Source: an uncultured Actinomycetota bacterium (GTDB lineage: Bacteria; Actinomycetota; Actinomycetes; JAFAQI01). From it: a stretch of 64,000 bases of DNA. Location of the stretch: NCBI GenBank assembly GCA_963770565.1, contig CAVYQE010000011.1, forward strand, positions 352,001 to 416,000, read 5' to 3'. Shown here in pieces: positions 19,864 to 29,183 of this stretch (position 1 is the stretch's first letter; every line of letters starts with the position of its first letter). Made by a program: the position numbers and the translations under genes. Under the pieces are notes generated by a model, which saw nothing but the letters and a program-made list of their open reading frames with translations, did no database searches and had not been told where the DNA came from.

Positions 19864-22164
19864 GTGACTCGGTTCAGCATCGTGCTACCCGTCTACAACG
19901 TGCGGGCGTACCTGCGGGAGTGCCTCGACTCCATCCTCGGCCAGACCTTCGGTGACTTCGAGCTGATCGCCGTCGACGACTGCTCGCCCGACCACAGCGG
20001 CGAGATCCTCGACGAGTACGCCGACGCCGATCCCCGAGTGCACGTCATCCACCTGGCCGAGAACGTGGGGCTCGGGTTGGCTCGGGAGGCGGGCATCGCC
20101 CGGGCGACCGGCGACTACCTGCTGTTCGTCGACAGCGATGACCTGATGACCCCGGGATCGCTCGCCGCGATTGCGCGGCGGATCGACGCCACGGCAGAGC
20201 CGGACATCGTGCTGTTCGACTACGCACGTCTGTACTGGAACGGCTCGCTCGTGCGCAACCAGCTGGCCGGGTTGCTGAGCCGGCCGGGCCCCGAGGTCTT
20301 CGCGATCGACGAGCGCTCCGAGCTGCTGACCCTGTTAATGGTGGTGTGGAACAAGGCGTATCGCCGGGAGTTCGTCACCGCCGGCGACTTCCACTTCCCG
20401 ACCGGCTTCTATGAAGACACACCCTGGACCTACCAGACCCTGCTCTTCGCGAAGCGAATCGCCATCCTCGACCGGGTGTGCATCCACTACCGGATGCGAC
20501 GGGAGGCGGGCAACATCCTGAAGAGCCGGTCGCGCAAGCATTTCGCGATCTTCGACCAGTGGGCGCTGGTCTTCGGGTGGCTCGACCAACACCGCGACCT
20601 CGAGCACTGGCGGGCGTTCCTGCTCCGCCGTGAGCTGGAGCACACCACCACGATCATGGAGAGCCCTCGACGGCTTCCGCCGGATGCCCGCCGGGAGTTC
20701 TTCACGCGCACGCACGACGACTATCTGCGCTACAAGCCGGCCGAGCCGGTGCCGGTCCCGGAGGGCCTCGACGGAGCCCGGATCCGGCTGGTCATGCGTA
20801 ACGCGTATCTGCGCTTCCGCCTGCTGAGCTCGACGATGCGAGCGGTTGCCAAGGTTGGTAAAGCGCGCCGCTCGGTCCGGCGCCGGATCGGGAGGCAGTA
20901 CCGTCGCGGGGTCCGGGTGGTCAAGCGGGTCTACTACCTGCTTCAGCTCCGGCTGCCGCTCGACCCGAACCTCGCGGTCTTCGGCGCGTACTGGTATCGC
21001 GGTGTGCAGTGCAGCCCGGCAGCGATCTACTTCAAGGCCCGCGAGCTGGTTCCGCAGGTGCGGGGCGTGTTCGTCATCGCCGATCCTCGGGCCACTGAGA
21101 TCCCGCCAGAGGTCGACTGGGTCCTGGTGGACTCAGTGGCGTACTACCGCCTCCTGGCGAGGGCGAAGTACTTCGTCAACAACGTGAACTTCCCGAGCGT
21201 CGTCCGCAAGCGACGTGGCGCCGTACACCTTCAGACCCAGCACGGAACGCCGCTGAAGAAGATGGGCCTCGACCTGCAGGACTATCCGGTCGGTGCCAAC
21301 CAGATGGATTTCGCCGGGTTGATGCGGCGGGTGGATCGATGGGACTTCAACATCTCGTCGAACCGATTCTCGACCGAGGTCTGGGAGCGGTCGTATCCCG
21401 CTCGGTTCGAGATCCTCGAGGTCGGCTATCCACGGAACGATCGCCTGGTCAACGCCACCGGCGCGGAGGCATCGGCGATCCGCGAGCAGCTCGGGCTGCC
21501 CAGCGATGCTCGGGTCGTTCTGTTCGCGCCGACGTTTCGGGACTATCGCGACTCGTTCGACCCAGAGGTCGACCTGGCCGCCCTCGTCGACGCGATCGGT
21601 CCGGACGGCGTCTTGCTGGTCCGGGCGCACTACTTCATCGAGCCGGACGGGAGCCGGCTCAGCGAGCTGGCCGGATCGGGACGGATTCGCGACGTGTCGC
21701 GCTACCCGTCGGTCGAGGACCTGTGCGTCGCGTCAGACGCGCTGCTGACCGACTACTCCTCGATCATGTTCGACTACGCGAACCTCGACCGCCCGATCGC
21801 GATCTACGCCTACGACTGGGACACTTACGTGCGGACCCGCGGGGTCAACTTCGACCTCGTCGCGGAGCCGCCGGGTGTCGTGGCAGGCACCGCCGAGGAG
21901 CTGATCGCCGCGTTTCGCGACGGTGAGGTCTGGGGCGAGCCGGCCGCGAAGCTCCGCGCGGAGTTCCGCCGCAGGTTCTGCTCGTACGACGACGGCCACG
22001 CGGCGGAGCGGGTCGTACGACGGGTCTTCCTCGGCGAGCCGCTGCCGCCCCGGATGGACTCCGAGTCGACCGCCGTTGCGGACCTTGACGCCGAGCGCGA
22101 CGCGGGCGAACCGAGCGAAGGGCCGGCGGCGCTCGAACCCAACGACGATACGGTTGTGGGGTGA
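19864..22164 (+). CDS. Bifunctional GT2 glycosyltransferase / CDP-glycerol glycerophosphotransferase (TagF-like)
   Basis: IVLPVYNV and FVDSDD; QTQHGTPLK, GYPRND, FAPTFR and TDYSSIMFD. Confidence 0.92.
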   Translation: MTRFSIVLPVYNVRAYLRECLDSILGQTFGDFELIAVDDCSPDHSGEILDEYADADPRVHVIHLAENVGLGLAREAGIARATGDYLLFVDSDDLMTPGSLAAIARRIDATAEPDIVLFDYARLYWNGSLVRNQLAGLLSRPGPEVFAIDERSELLTLLMVVWNKAYRREFVTAGDFHFPTGFYEDTPWTYQTLLFAKRIAILDRVCIHYRMRREAGNILKSRSRKHFAIFDQWALVFGWLDQHRDLEHWRAFLLRRELEHTTTIMESPRRLPPDARREFFTRTHDDYLRYKPAEPVPVPEGLDGARIRLVMRNAYLRFRLLSSTMRAVAKVGKARRSVRRRIGRQYRRGVRVVKRVYYLLQLRLPLDPNLAVFGAYWYRGVQCSPAAIYFKARELVPQVRGVFVIADPRATEIPPEVDWVLVDSVAYYRLLARAKYFVNNVNFPSVVRKRRGAVHLQTQHGTPLKKMGLDLQDYPVGANQMDFAGLMRRVDRWDFNISSNRFSTEVWERSYPARFEILEVGYPRNDRLVNATGAEASAIREQLGLPSDARVVLFAPTFRDYRDSFDPEVDLAALVDAIGPDGVLLVRAHYFIEPDGSRLSELAGSGRIRDVSRYPSVEDLCVASDALLTDYSSIMFDYANLDRPIAIYAYDWDTYVRTRGVNFDLVAEPPGVVAGTAEELIAAFRDGEVWGEPAAKLRAEFRRRFCSYDDGHAAERVVRRVFLGEPLPPRMDSESTAVADLDAERDAGEPSEGPAALEPNDDTVVG

Positions 22165-23240
22165 AGACGGGGCCCTCGCGCTACGTGGGCGCCGGGGACC
22201 GGCCGATCTTCATCGGCGCCTGCCCGCGCTCCGGGACGACCTTGCTCCGGACCATGCTCAACACCCACCCGGACATCGCGATCCCGCGCGAAACGAAGAT
22301 CGTGCCCATCCTCTGGGAGCATCGGGCGCGCTGGCAGCGGCTGGACGAGGAGTCGGAGCGCGAGCGGCTCGCCCAGACCATCGCGGACACCTCGTGGACC
22401 AGGGCCGACCGGTTCGGGACGCCCATCGACGAGCTGGTCAAACGGTTGGTCGACGCACCGCCGACGCTCGGCTCGATCTTTGGCACCTGCTTCCAGCTCT
22501 ATGCCGAGTCCACCGGCAAGTGGCGCTGGGGCGACAAGCGGCCGATGTACGCGCGCTACATGGACGCGGTCTTCTCGCTGTTTCCCGACGCTCAGTTCAT
22601 CAACTGCATCCGCGACCCGCGAGCCTCGGTGGCGTCGATGCGCAAGATCGGCTGGTACGACGGGCAGGTCGCGCCTGGCCTCGACCTCTGGGAGCGGTCG
22701 GTCCGCGCGGTCGAGCCTTGGCGCAGCGTGCTGCACGCCGACCAGTTGCTCGATCTGCGCTACGAGGATCTGGTCGGCGAGCCGGAAGCGACGCTGTCAG
22801 GCCTCGCCGACTACCTCACGCTGTCGCAGGAGTCGGTCCCGGTCATGCTGACCTACCAGGACAACGTGGACGAGACCGCGATGAGATATCACTCCCGGCT
22901 CAGCGAACCGATCACTACCGACACCGTGCATGCGTGGGAGGAGATCCTCAGCGCCGACGAGGTCGCGCTCGTGGAGCAGGTCGCCGGGCCGTGGATGGAT
23001 GCGTTCGGGTACGAGCGATCGGCAACTGGCGCCCGCCCGTCGACGGCGCTCCTCGAGGCCTATCAGCGCCGCCACCGGGAGATCGCCAAGGAGCGCCGCG
23101 AGATGGAGATCGAGGAGTTCAAGCGGTTGTTCATCTGCCGCCAGCCGGTTGCGGCCCGCCTGACCACGGCGCAGCAGCGGGTCACCGGACGGCCTGACCT
23201 GCCCCCGTTCTGGAAGCGGCATATCGGCAAGCCGCGTTGA
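22161..23240 (+). CDS. Sulfotransferase (Sulfotransfer_3-like)
   Basis: FIGACPRSGTTLL, WGDKRP, IRDPRASVAS and LRYEDLV. GTGA-coupled to the upstream TagF gene. Confidence 0.88.
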   Translation: MKTGPSRYVGAGDRPIFIGACPRSGTTLLRTMLNTHPDIAIPRETKIVPILWEHRARWQRLDEESERERLAQTIADTSWTRADRFGTPIDELVKRLVDAPPTLGSIFGTCFQLYAESTGKWRWGDKRPMYARYMDAVFSLFPDAQFINCIRDPRASVASMRKIGWYDGQVAPGLDLWERSVRAVEPWRSVLHADQLLDLRYEDLVGEPEATLSGLADYLTLSQESVPVMLTYQDNVDETAMRYHSRLSEPITTDTVHAWEEILSADEVALVEQVAGPWMDAFGYERSATGARPSTALLEAYQRRHREIAKERREMEIEEFKRLFICRQPVAARLTTAQQRVTGRPDLPPFWKRHIGKPR

Positions 23241-23417
23241 CTTTCGACGGACGCTAAGCCGGGTCGCTCGCCGCCGCGGGCCGCTGCGGCGACTACGCTT
23301 TGGCAGCGGCGCTGACCCTCATCGTTATCGGTGATCCGGTCCTCCGGTGGCGGGCGCCGTCTCTCCACCAGAGCCGACCGGCGCGGGTGCGGGTGCTACC
23401 GCTGCAGAAGGAATGCT

Positions 23418-24149
23418 GTGATCGGGATTGTCCTAGCGGCCGGCGCAGGCCGTCGGCTGGCGCCGCTGACCGACGACCTGCCGAAGACACTGCTGCCGGT
23501 CGACGGCGAGACGACGATCCTCGACATCGCACTGTCGAACCTGGCCGCGATCGGGCTGGATGAGGTCGTCGTGGTGACCGGCTTCGCGTCCCACCAGATC
23601 GACCAGCGGCTTCCGGACCTTCAAGCCCGGCACGGGGTGCAGTTGCGGGTGGTCTGGAACGAGCGGGCGCTGGAGTGGAACAACGCTTACTCGTTGTGGT
23701 TGGCCCGCGACTTCCTGGTCGGCGGGGCAATGCTCTGCAACGGCGACACGGTGCACCCGGTCTCGGTCGAGAAGACGCTTCTGGCCCAGGAGCCGCGGGA
23801 GATCCTGCTCGCGCTCGACGACCAGAAGACGCTGGCCGATGAGGAGATGAAGGTGGTGCTCGGCCCAACCGGCTCGATGCAGCGCATCAACAAGGCGGTC
23901 GATCCACGCGAGGCCGGCGGTGAATACATCGGCGTGACCCGGATCGAGCCGGCCGCCGCCGAAGGCCTCGCCGACGCGCTGGAGGCGACCTGGCGCCGCG
24001 ACCCCAACCTGTACTACGAAGACGGCTACCAGGAGTACGCCGACCGTGGCGGGCTCGTCGAGGTTGCCTCGATCGGCGACGCTGAGTGGGTCGAGGTCGA
24101 CAACCACGCCGATCTCGAACGAGCGAAGGGGATCGCATGGCGCTACTAG
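23418..24149 (+). CDS. Nucleotidyltransferase, LicC/phosphocholine cytidylyltransferase-like
   Basis: VLAAGAGRRL..LT...PKTLL, LCNGD, EEMKV, GEYIG and WVEVDNHADL. GTG after AAGGA. Confidence 0.88.
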   Translation: MIGIVLAAGAGRRLAPLTDDLPKTLLPVDGETTILDIALSNLAAIGLDEVVVVTGFASHQIDQRLPDLQARHGVQLRVVWNERALEWNNAYSLWLARDFLVGGAMLCNGDTVHPVSVEKTLLAQEPREILLALDDQKTLADEEMKVVLGPTGSMQRINKAVDPREAGGEYIGVTRIEPAAAEGLADALEATWRRDPNLYYEDGYQEYADRGGLVEVASIGDAEWVEVDNHADLERAKGIAWRY

Positions 24150-25195
24150 CGCGAATGATCTATGCCCCCCTGAGCCTCGACATCGGTCCGGGTGCGATCG
24201 CCGGCCTCCATGGCCTGCTGGCCGAGGGTGGGATCTCCCGCGGCGGGAAGGTCGCCGTGCTCGTCGGCAGCGGCCAGGGCGAGGAGATCGAGAAGGTGCT
24301 TCGCGACACCCTGGAGTCGGCCGACTTCGTCCGGGTGACCTCGGCCTCGATTGAGCACGCGCGCGACCTCGCCGCGACCCTGCAGCCCTCTTCCTATGAC
24401 GCGGTGGTCGGAATCGGCGGCGGGCGGACCCTCGACGTGGCGAAGTACATCGCGTCGGTGGTGGCACTGCCGATGGTTGCGGTGGCGACCAACCTGGCCC
24501 ATGACGGTCTTGCGTCGCCGGTCGCTTCGCTGGAGTACGCCGGGCGCAAGGGGTCGTACGGCGTCCACATCCCGGTGGCGGTGATCGTCGACCTCGACTA
24601 CGTCCAACGGTCACCGCGGCGGATGCTCGCGGCCGGGGTCGGCGACGTGGTGAGCAACCTGTCCGCGCTCGCGGACTGGAAGCTTGCCGCCGAGGTCCGC
24701 AGCGAACGGGTCGACGGCATCGCCGCGGCGTTCGCCCGGTCGGCGGCTGAAGCGGTGATCGGCCGGACGGATTCGGTCGAGTCGATGGAGTTCATCACCG
24801 TCCTTGCCGAGGCGCTGGTGCTCTCCGGCCTGTCGATGGCGGTGGCCGGCAGCAGCCGGCCCTGCAGCGGCGGCGACCACGAGATCCTGCACGCGATCGA
24901 CCAGCTGTATCCGGGCACCAGCAACCACGGTGAGCTGGCCGGCCTCGGTGCGCTGTTCTGCGCGCACCTCCGTGACGACGATGTGCACGCGCAGGCGATC
25001 GAGGCCTGCCTGCGCCGGCACGGGCTCCCTCGGTCACCCCTTGACGTCGGTCTGACCGCCGAGCAGTTCGTCACCGCGGTCGAGCTTGCGCCGAGCACCC
25101 GGCCAGACCGCTACACGATCCTCGAGCACCTCGACCTGTCCCACGAGGCGATCGAGAACCAGGTCGAGAAGTTCCTTGCGACGATCGGAGAGTGA
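24137..25195 (+). CDS. sn-glycerol-1-phosphate dehydrogenase-like (EgsA/AraM; DHQS/Fe-ADH fold)
   Basis: GIGGGRTLDVAKY, TNLAHDGLASP, AGVGD, SSRPCSGGDHEILHA and NHGE metal ligands. Confidence 0.85.
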   Translation: MALLARMIYAPLSLDIGPGAIAGLHGLLAEGGISRGGKVAVLVGSGQGEEIEKVLRDTLESADFVRVTSASIEHARDLAATLQPSSYDAVVGIGGGRTLDVAKYIASVVALPMVAVATNLAHDGLASPVASLEYAGRKGSYGVHIPVAVIVDLDYVQRSPRRMLAAGVGDVVSNLSALADWKLAAEVRSERVDGIAAAFARSAAEAVIGRTDSVESMEFITVLAEALVLSGLSMAVAGSSRPCSGGDHEILHAIDQLYPGTSNHGELAGLGALFCAHLRDDDVHAQAIEACLRRHGLPRSPLDVGLTAEQFVTAVELAPSTRPDRYTILEHLDLSHEAIENQVEKFLATIGE

Positions 25196-25201
25196 GGGCG
25201 C

Positions 25202-26182
25202 TTAGCGACCGAGTCGCTGCAGCAGCCCGGTGCGCTTCGACTTGCCCTTGCGCGGCGCCGTCGTCCCCGGCTCCGGGGTGCGGCCCTGACGGCACTGGTC
25301 GAGCTCGTAGTTGATCCGCCGGGCCCGGCGCGACAGATCGCCGATCCGCTCACCGCGCTCAGCGATCATCGCGGTGGCCGCGAGGACGTCCGGGCCGTAC
25401 TCCTCGGTCCTCAGCTTCGGCGGCTTCGGGTCGTCGTAGTCGAGCTTGGCGAAGTCGTCGGCGTACAGCAGCGCGATCGCGTCGAGGATGTGCTGCGGGA
25501 AGGCCCGCTCGATCGCCGGGAGCGGGGTCTCGTTGCTGCGGCTCGGCTCCAGCTCACCGGACCAGCCCTGCTTGTCGAGGTGGGCCCGCAGATCATCGAG
25601 CATGGTCCGGAACTCCGACGTGTCGTAGATCCGGTCGTACGGCATGGACCCGACGTTGAGCAGGAGGCTCTGCGACTGGAAGTGGTTGTCCTGCATGATC
25701 TGTGAGGTCGGATCCGCCGCCGCCGCGCGGACGAACCGATCCCAGTCCTCGAGCACGTCGTCGGTGGACTGGGGGATGCGAGGCATCCAAGGCTCGTTGG
25801 CGTACTGGACGAGGAAGCGTGGCTCGCGCAGCAGGAACTTCGACTGCCAGGCCGACCAGAGCCGCATGCCCGGATGTCGGGTCATGGTGAAGGACAACCA
25901 GCCGTTGTCAGGGCTGATCTCGGCCAGTTGCGCATCGTCGAGGTCGCGGAGGTTGGGCGTGGTGTCGTTCCAGAGGAAGTGCCGGTGGTGGATCGTGGTG
26001 GCGCGGCTGGTCTCGCTGCTCAGCGACGAATAGAAGACCTTGGGCTCGATCCCCTGGATGTCGGCAAGCAGCCACTTGATCGTCGTGCAGGCCGCTTTCG
26101 GGGTCGAGACGTAGACCAGCTTCCACTTCGGAAGAACGAAGGTGGCGTGCTTTCGAAGCGGCGGGACCTCGTCAGCCTTCAT
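25202..26182 (-). CDS. Sulfotransferase (Sulfotransfer_2-like)
   Basis: YVSTPKAACTTIK, RHPGMRLWSAW and DNHFQSQ motifs typical of carbohydrate sulfotransferases. Confidence 0.82.
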   Translation of the reverse strand: MKADEVPPLRKHATFVLPKWKLVYVSTPKAACTTIKWLLADIQGIEPKVFYSSLSSETSRATTIHHRHFLWNDTTPNLRDLDDAQLAEISPDNGWLSFTMTRHPGMRLWSAWQSKFLLREPRFLVQYANEPWMPRIPQSTDDVLEDWDRFVRAAAADPTSQIMQDNHFQSQSLLLNVGSMPYDRIYDTSEFRTMLDDLRAHLDKQGWSGELEPSRSNETPLPAIERAFPQHILDAIALLYADDFAKLDYDDPKPPKLRTEEYGPDVLAATAMIAERGERIGDLSRRARRINYELDQCRQGRTPEPGTTAPRKGKSKRTGLLQRLGR

Positions 26183-26325
26183 GTCACCGTTCCGTCGAAG
26201 CGGACCCACCGGGTCGAGGTCCTTACCGGATCGACGCTAGCAAACCGAGCGCGCCCGGGCCGGTAGCCCACGACGACCATGGCGGGGCCGGATCCGGCCC
26301 GCCCTGGCAGTACCGTGGGCTGACC

Positions 26326-27015
26326 ATGAGCACTCAATCTTCCCTGGCCGATCTTGCCGCGTCCGGTGGCACCCGCTTCGACTTCTGGAGCCGCGTCGTT
26401 GCGAATCGCAAGGTGCAGCGACTGGCCGAGATCGGGGTCTGGAAGGGCGACTTCGCCGAGGCGCTGCTCTCGACCTGCCCGGACATCGAGACCTACTACC
26501 TGGTCGATCCGTGGAAGCACCTCGACGACTGGGAGAAGCCGGCCAACGTCGACGACGACCGGTTCAGCGAGCACTACGCGGGCGTGATCGCGCGAACCGA
26601 GCCATGGGCCGAGAAGCGGGTCGTGCTCCGCGGCCGTACCACCGAGGTCTCGGACCAGATCCCCGATGACTCGTTGGACTTCGCCTACATCGACGGCGAC
26701 CACTCGTTGCGCGGCATCTCGATCGACCTCGTGCAAATGTGGCCGAAGATTCGCGCGGGCGGGCTGATCGGCGGCGACGACTTCCAGCCGAGTGTGTGGC
26801 AGCACTCCGGGAAGTTCGAGCCGACCGTCGTGTTTCCCTTGGCGGTCTATTTCGCCGAGGCGGTCGGCGCCTGCATCGAAGCCTTTCCGCGCAGCCAGTT
26901 CGCCATCCACAAGACGAACGATCGGTTCATCTTCGTCGACCACACCGGCAAGTACGGCGATCTCACCTTGCGCACTGCGCTGCGTGGGCGAAATCGCCAG
27001 CGCGCCAACAACTAG
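26326..27015 (+). CDS. Class I SAM-dependent methyltransferase (Methyltransf_24-like)
   Basis: AEIGVWKG, LVDPW, LDFAYIDGDH and GGLIGGDDF. Confidence 0.85.
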   Translation: MSTQSSLADLAASGGTRFDFWSRVVANRKVQRLAEIGVWKGDFAEALLSTCPDIETYYLVDPWKHLDDWEKPANVDDDRFSEHYAGVIARTEPWAEKRVVLRGRTTEVSDQIPDDSLDFAYIDGDHSLRGISIDLVQMWPKIRAGGLIGGDDFQPSVWQHSGKFEPTVVFPLAVYFAEAVGACIEAFPRSQFAIHKTNDRFIFVDHTGKYGDLTLRTALRGRNRQRANN

Positions 27016-28208
27016 GCGCTGCCGGACCGCGTCCGGCGGTCACGAAGCGGCCGGGTCAGACGCCGTCTGACCCGGTTGATCACCACCGCTGCCAGTTGGC
27101 GGGTCGTCGTGCCGTCGATCGTTCGGGGCTCGACCGCGTAGACCGCCGAGATCGGTTTGGCGCCGGTGTACGCGATGATCGCGCCGGCGACCGCGTCCTT
27201 TGCCGCTTCGACACTGAGCATGGCTTCCTCGACCGGCGTCTCGTCGGCGTCTGGTGCCGCTACGGCACTCAGGGCGTCGAGGTTGCCCAGGACGTGAACG
27301 CCGCTCTTCGCGATTCGCTCTGCGGCCGCGGCGGCAATGTCGTTCGCCTGCCTGACCGCCCACGACGGCGTTGCAATCCGCGGCTCGTCCGGCGCGGGGA
27401 GCCGCTGCTGCAGTTGCCGGACCACGCCGGTTCGTACCAACTTGCCGTAGAGCTCGGCGGACCAGCCCCGCTCGTGAAACTCGATGTTGATGGCGCGGAT
27501 CAACTCGGTCTCAGCGGCGGTGAGGGAGCGGTTCGTGGATTCCTGATCGGTTCGCAGCAGGCCTTCGGGGAGGTCCAACACCCGCTCGAAGACGCGCGCC
27601 AGCCGGGTCCGATCGGACTCGTCGACGACAACCACCAGCACCCGGTCAGGACCCACGATCGAGGCCCAGCGATCGACGAGCATGTCGTGGTGGTGCCTGA
27701 ACCAGAACTGGCCGGCGGAGCCCTGCCCATCCTCGCCGTTGAGCACCTGGTCGAGCCAGTCGCGGTACGGCGTGCGCATCCGGTTGCGGACGTACTGCTG
27801 CCAGGCCGACGGCAACATGCTGGCCAGCGGCCGGAGCGTCACCACGACATGCACCCGGTCACCACCGAGCGCGGTCACCACCTGCCGGGCCACGTCGTCG
27901 GTGGCGTCATCGAAGTACTCGCTGCTGATCACCACGCGACGATCAGCAGCCGCCGTCGTGGCGGCGACCAGCTTGTCCCAGTCCGCGGGCTCGGGGGCAC
28001 GATCACCGGCCAGGCTCTTGCCGCCGCCGATCGCGAGCGCCGCTTTGTGCTGCGGACGGGTTCGCAGCGGGTAGACCACGCCGTGCCGGGCCAGCTCGGC
28101 TTGCGCTTCGAGCAGCGCGGCCTGGATTGCCGTCGTACCGGTCTTGTGCGGCCCGACGTGGAGCAGCAGGCCTTGCTCTGGCAGACGCAGGTCGGCGCCG
28201 AACGCCAT
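27012..28208 (-). CDS. Sulfotransferase-like P-loop protein
   Basis: LHVGPHKTGTTAIQ, VISSEYF, LRP...SAWQQ and NRSL. Confidence 0.7.
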   Translation of the reverse strand: MAFGADLRLPEQGLLLHVGPHKTGTTAIQAALLEAQAELARHGVVYPLRTRPQHKAALAIGGGKSLAGDRAPEPADWDKLVAATTAAADRRVVISSEYFDDATDDVARQVVTALGGDRVHVVVTLRPLASMLPSAWQQYVRNRMRTPYRDWLDQVLNGEDGQGSAGQFWFRHHHDMLVDRWASIVGPDRVLVVVVDESDRTRLARVFERVLDLPEGLLRTDQESTNRSLTAAETELIRAINIEFHERGWSAELYGKLVRTGVVRQLQQRLPAPDEPRIATPSWAVRQANDIAAAAAERIAKSGVHVLGNLDALSAVAAPDADETPVEEAMLSVEAAKDAVAGAIIAYTGAKPISAVYAVEPRTIDGTTTRQLAAVVINRVRRRLTRPLRDRRTRSGSA

Positions 28209-28256
28209 CGAACCCCCGATCCTCAGGCTGCCTGGCGATCCTGCGTCATGTTACGA

Positions 28257-28625
28257 CTAGAGCAAGGCCAGACCCAGGCCCGCCGCGGCGGCGCCGAGCC
28301 CGAGTACGACGCTGCCCGCGACGTTGGCCGCAGACCGCCCGATTGCGGGCGTCTCGGCCAGTGCGACCGACTCCCAGCAGTACGTGGACCACGTGGTGAA
28401 CCCGCCACACAGGCCGATCCCGACGATCTCGGCGAGATGGCTCGACAGTCCGTGGTGGGTCACGAGGCCGGTCGTGAGGCCGAGGACGAACGAACCGAGC
28501 ACATTGACGACCAGCGTTCCCCACGGGAACTGCGTGTCGTGCCGATGCTGGATCGTCCGGTCGAGGAGGTAGCGGAACACCGCGCCGAGGCCAGCGGCGA
28601 CACCGATTGCCAACGACAGGATCAC
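28257..28625 (-). CDS. crcB: Fluoride channel Fluc/CrcB (second copy)
   Basis: GAVFRY, FPWGTLVVNVLGSF and GLCGGFTTWSTY. GTGA overlap with the first copy. Confidence 0.93.
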   Translation of the reverse strand: MILSLAIGVAAGLGAVFRYLLDRTIQHRHDTQFPWGTLVVNVLGSFVLGLTTGLVTHHGLSSHLAEIVGIGLCGGFTTWSTYCWESVALAETPAIGRSAANVAGSVVLGLGAAAAGLGLALL

Positions 28626-29077
28626 GAGCTCGCCACCGGCCGTGAAGATGCAACGGTTCGGCCGATCGCGAGACCGAGCCGGGTAGCCGTCAGCCCGGCC
28701 ATGATGCTTCCTGCCATGTACAGCAGCGCCAGCCCGGCATGGCCGTGTCCGGCGAGCTGGTCGCTGGCCACCGTCACGGTCGAGAAGGTGGTGTAGGCGC
28801 CGCAGAACCCGGTGCCCAGGGCCGGCCGTAGATAGGTCGTGCGGGGCAGCAGCTCGAGGGCGAGCACGAGCAGCAATGCGAGCACGAAGGCGCCCGAGGT
28901 GTTGATGGCGAAGGTGGCCCACGGAAACCCGCCCGGCGGGGTGGGCCAGGCCAGCCCGATGCCGTAGCGGGCCAGGCCGCCGGCGAAACCGCCTGCGCCG
29001 ATGACCGCCACGATCCGCCAGACGTTCGCCGGCATCGGTCCTTGACGGCGAGGTCGTTCGCTGCGGCGATCCATCAC
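28622..29077 (-). CDS. crcB: Fluoride channel Fluc/CrcB (first copy)
   Basis: GGLARY, FPWATFAIN and GFCGAYTTFST. Confidence 0.93.
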   Translation of the reverse strand: MMDRRSERPRRQGPMPANVWRIVAVIGAGGFAGGLARYGIGLAWPTPPGGFPWATFAINTSGAFVLALLLVLALELLPRTTYLRPALGTGFCGAYTTFSTVTVASDQLAGHGHAGLALLYMAGSIMAGLTATRLGLAIGRTVASSRPVASS

Positions 29078-29093
29078 AGCCTCCTACCCAGTT

Positions 29094-29148
29094 GGTAGGA
29101 ACCATTGGTCGCCGCTGCGACAGTTGTTGGCGGGTCCCACCGCCGTTA
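29094..29148 (-). ncRNA. Fluoride (crcB) riboswitch
   Basis: Minus strand GGCG-GUGGGACC-CGCC AACAACU GUCGC-AGCG-GCGAC CAAU GGUUCC UAC: P1, P2, pseudoknot GGGACC/GGUUCC and the CUAC end. Immediately upstream of the crcB pair. Confidence 0.85.
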
Positions 29149-29183
29149 TTTCTCAGCCAATCGTAGTGGTCGGGACCGCGGCG

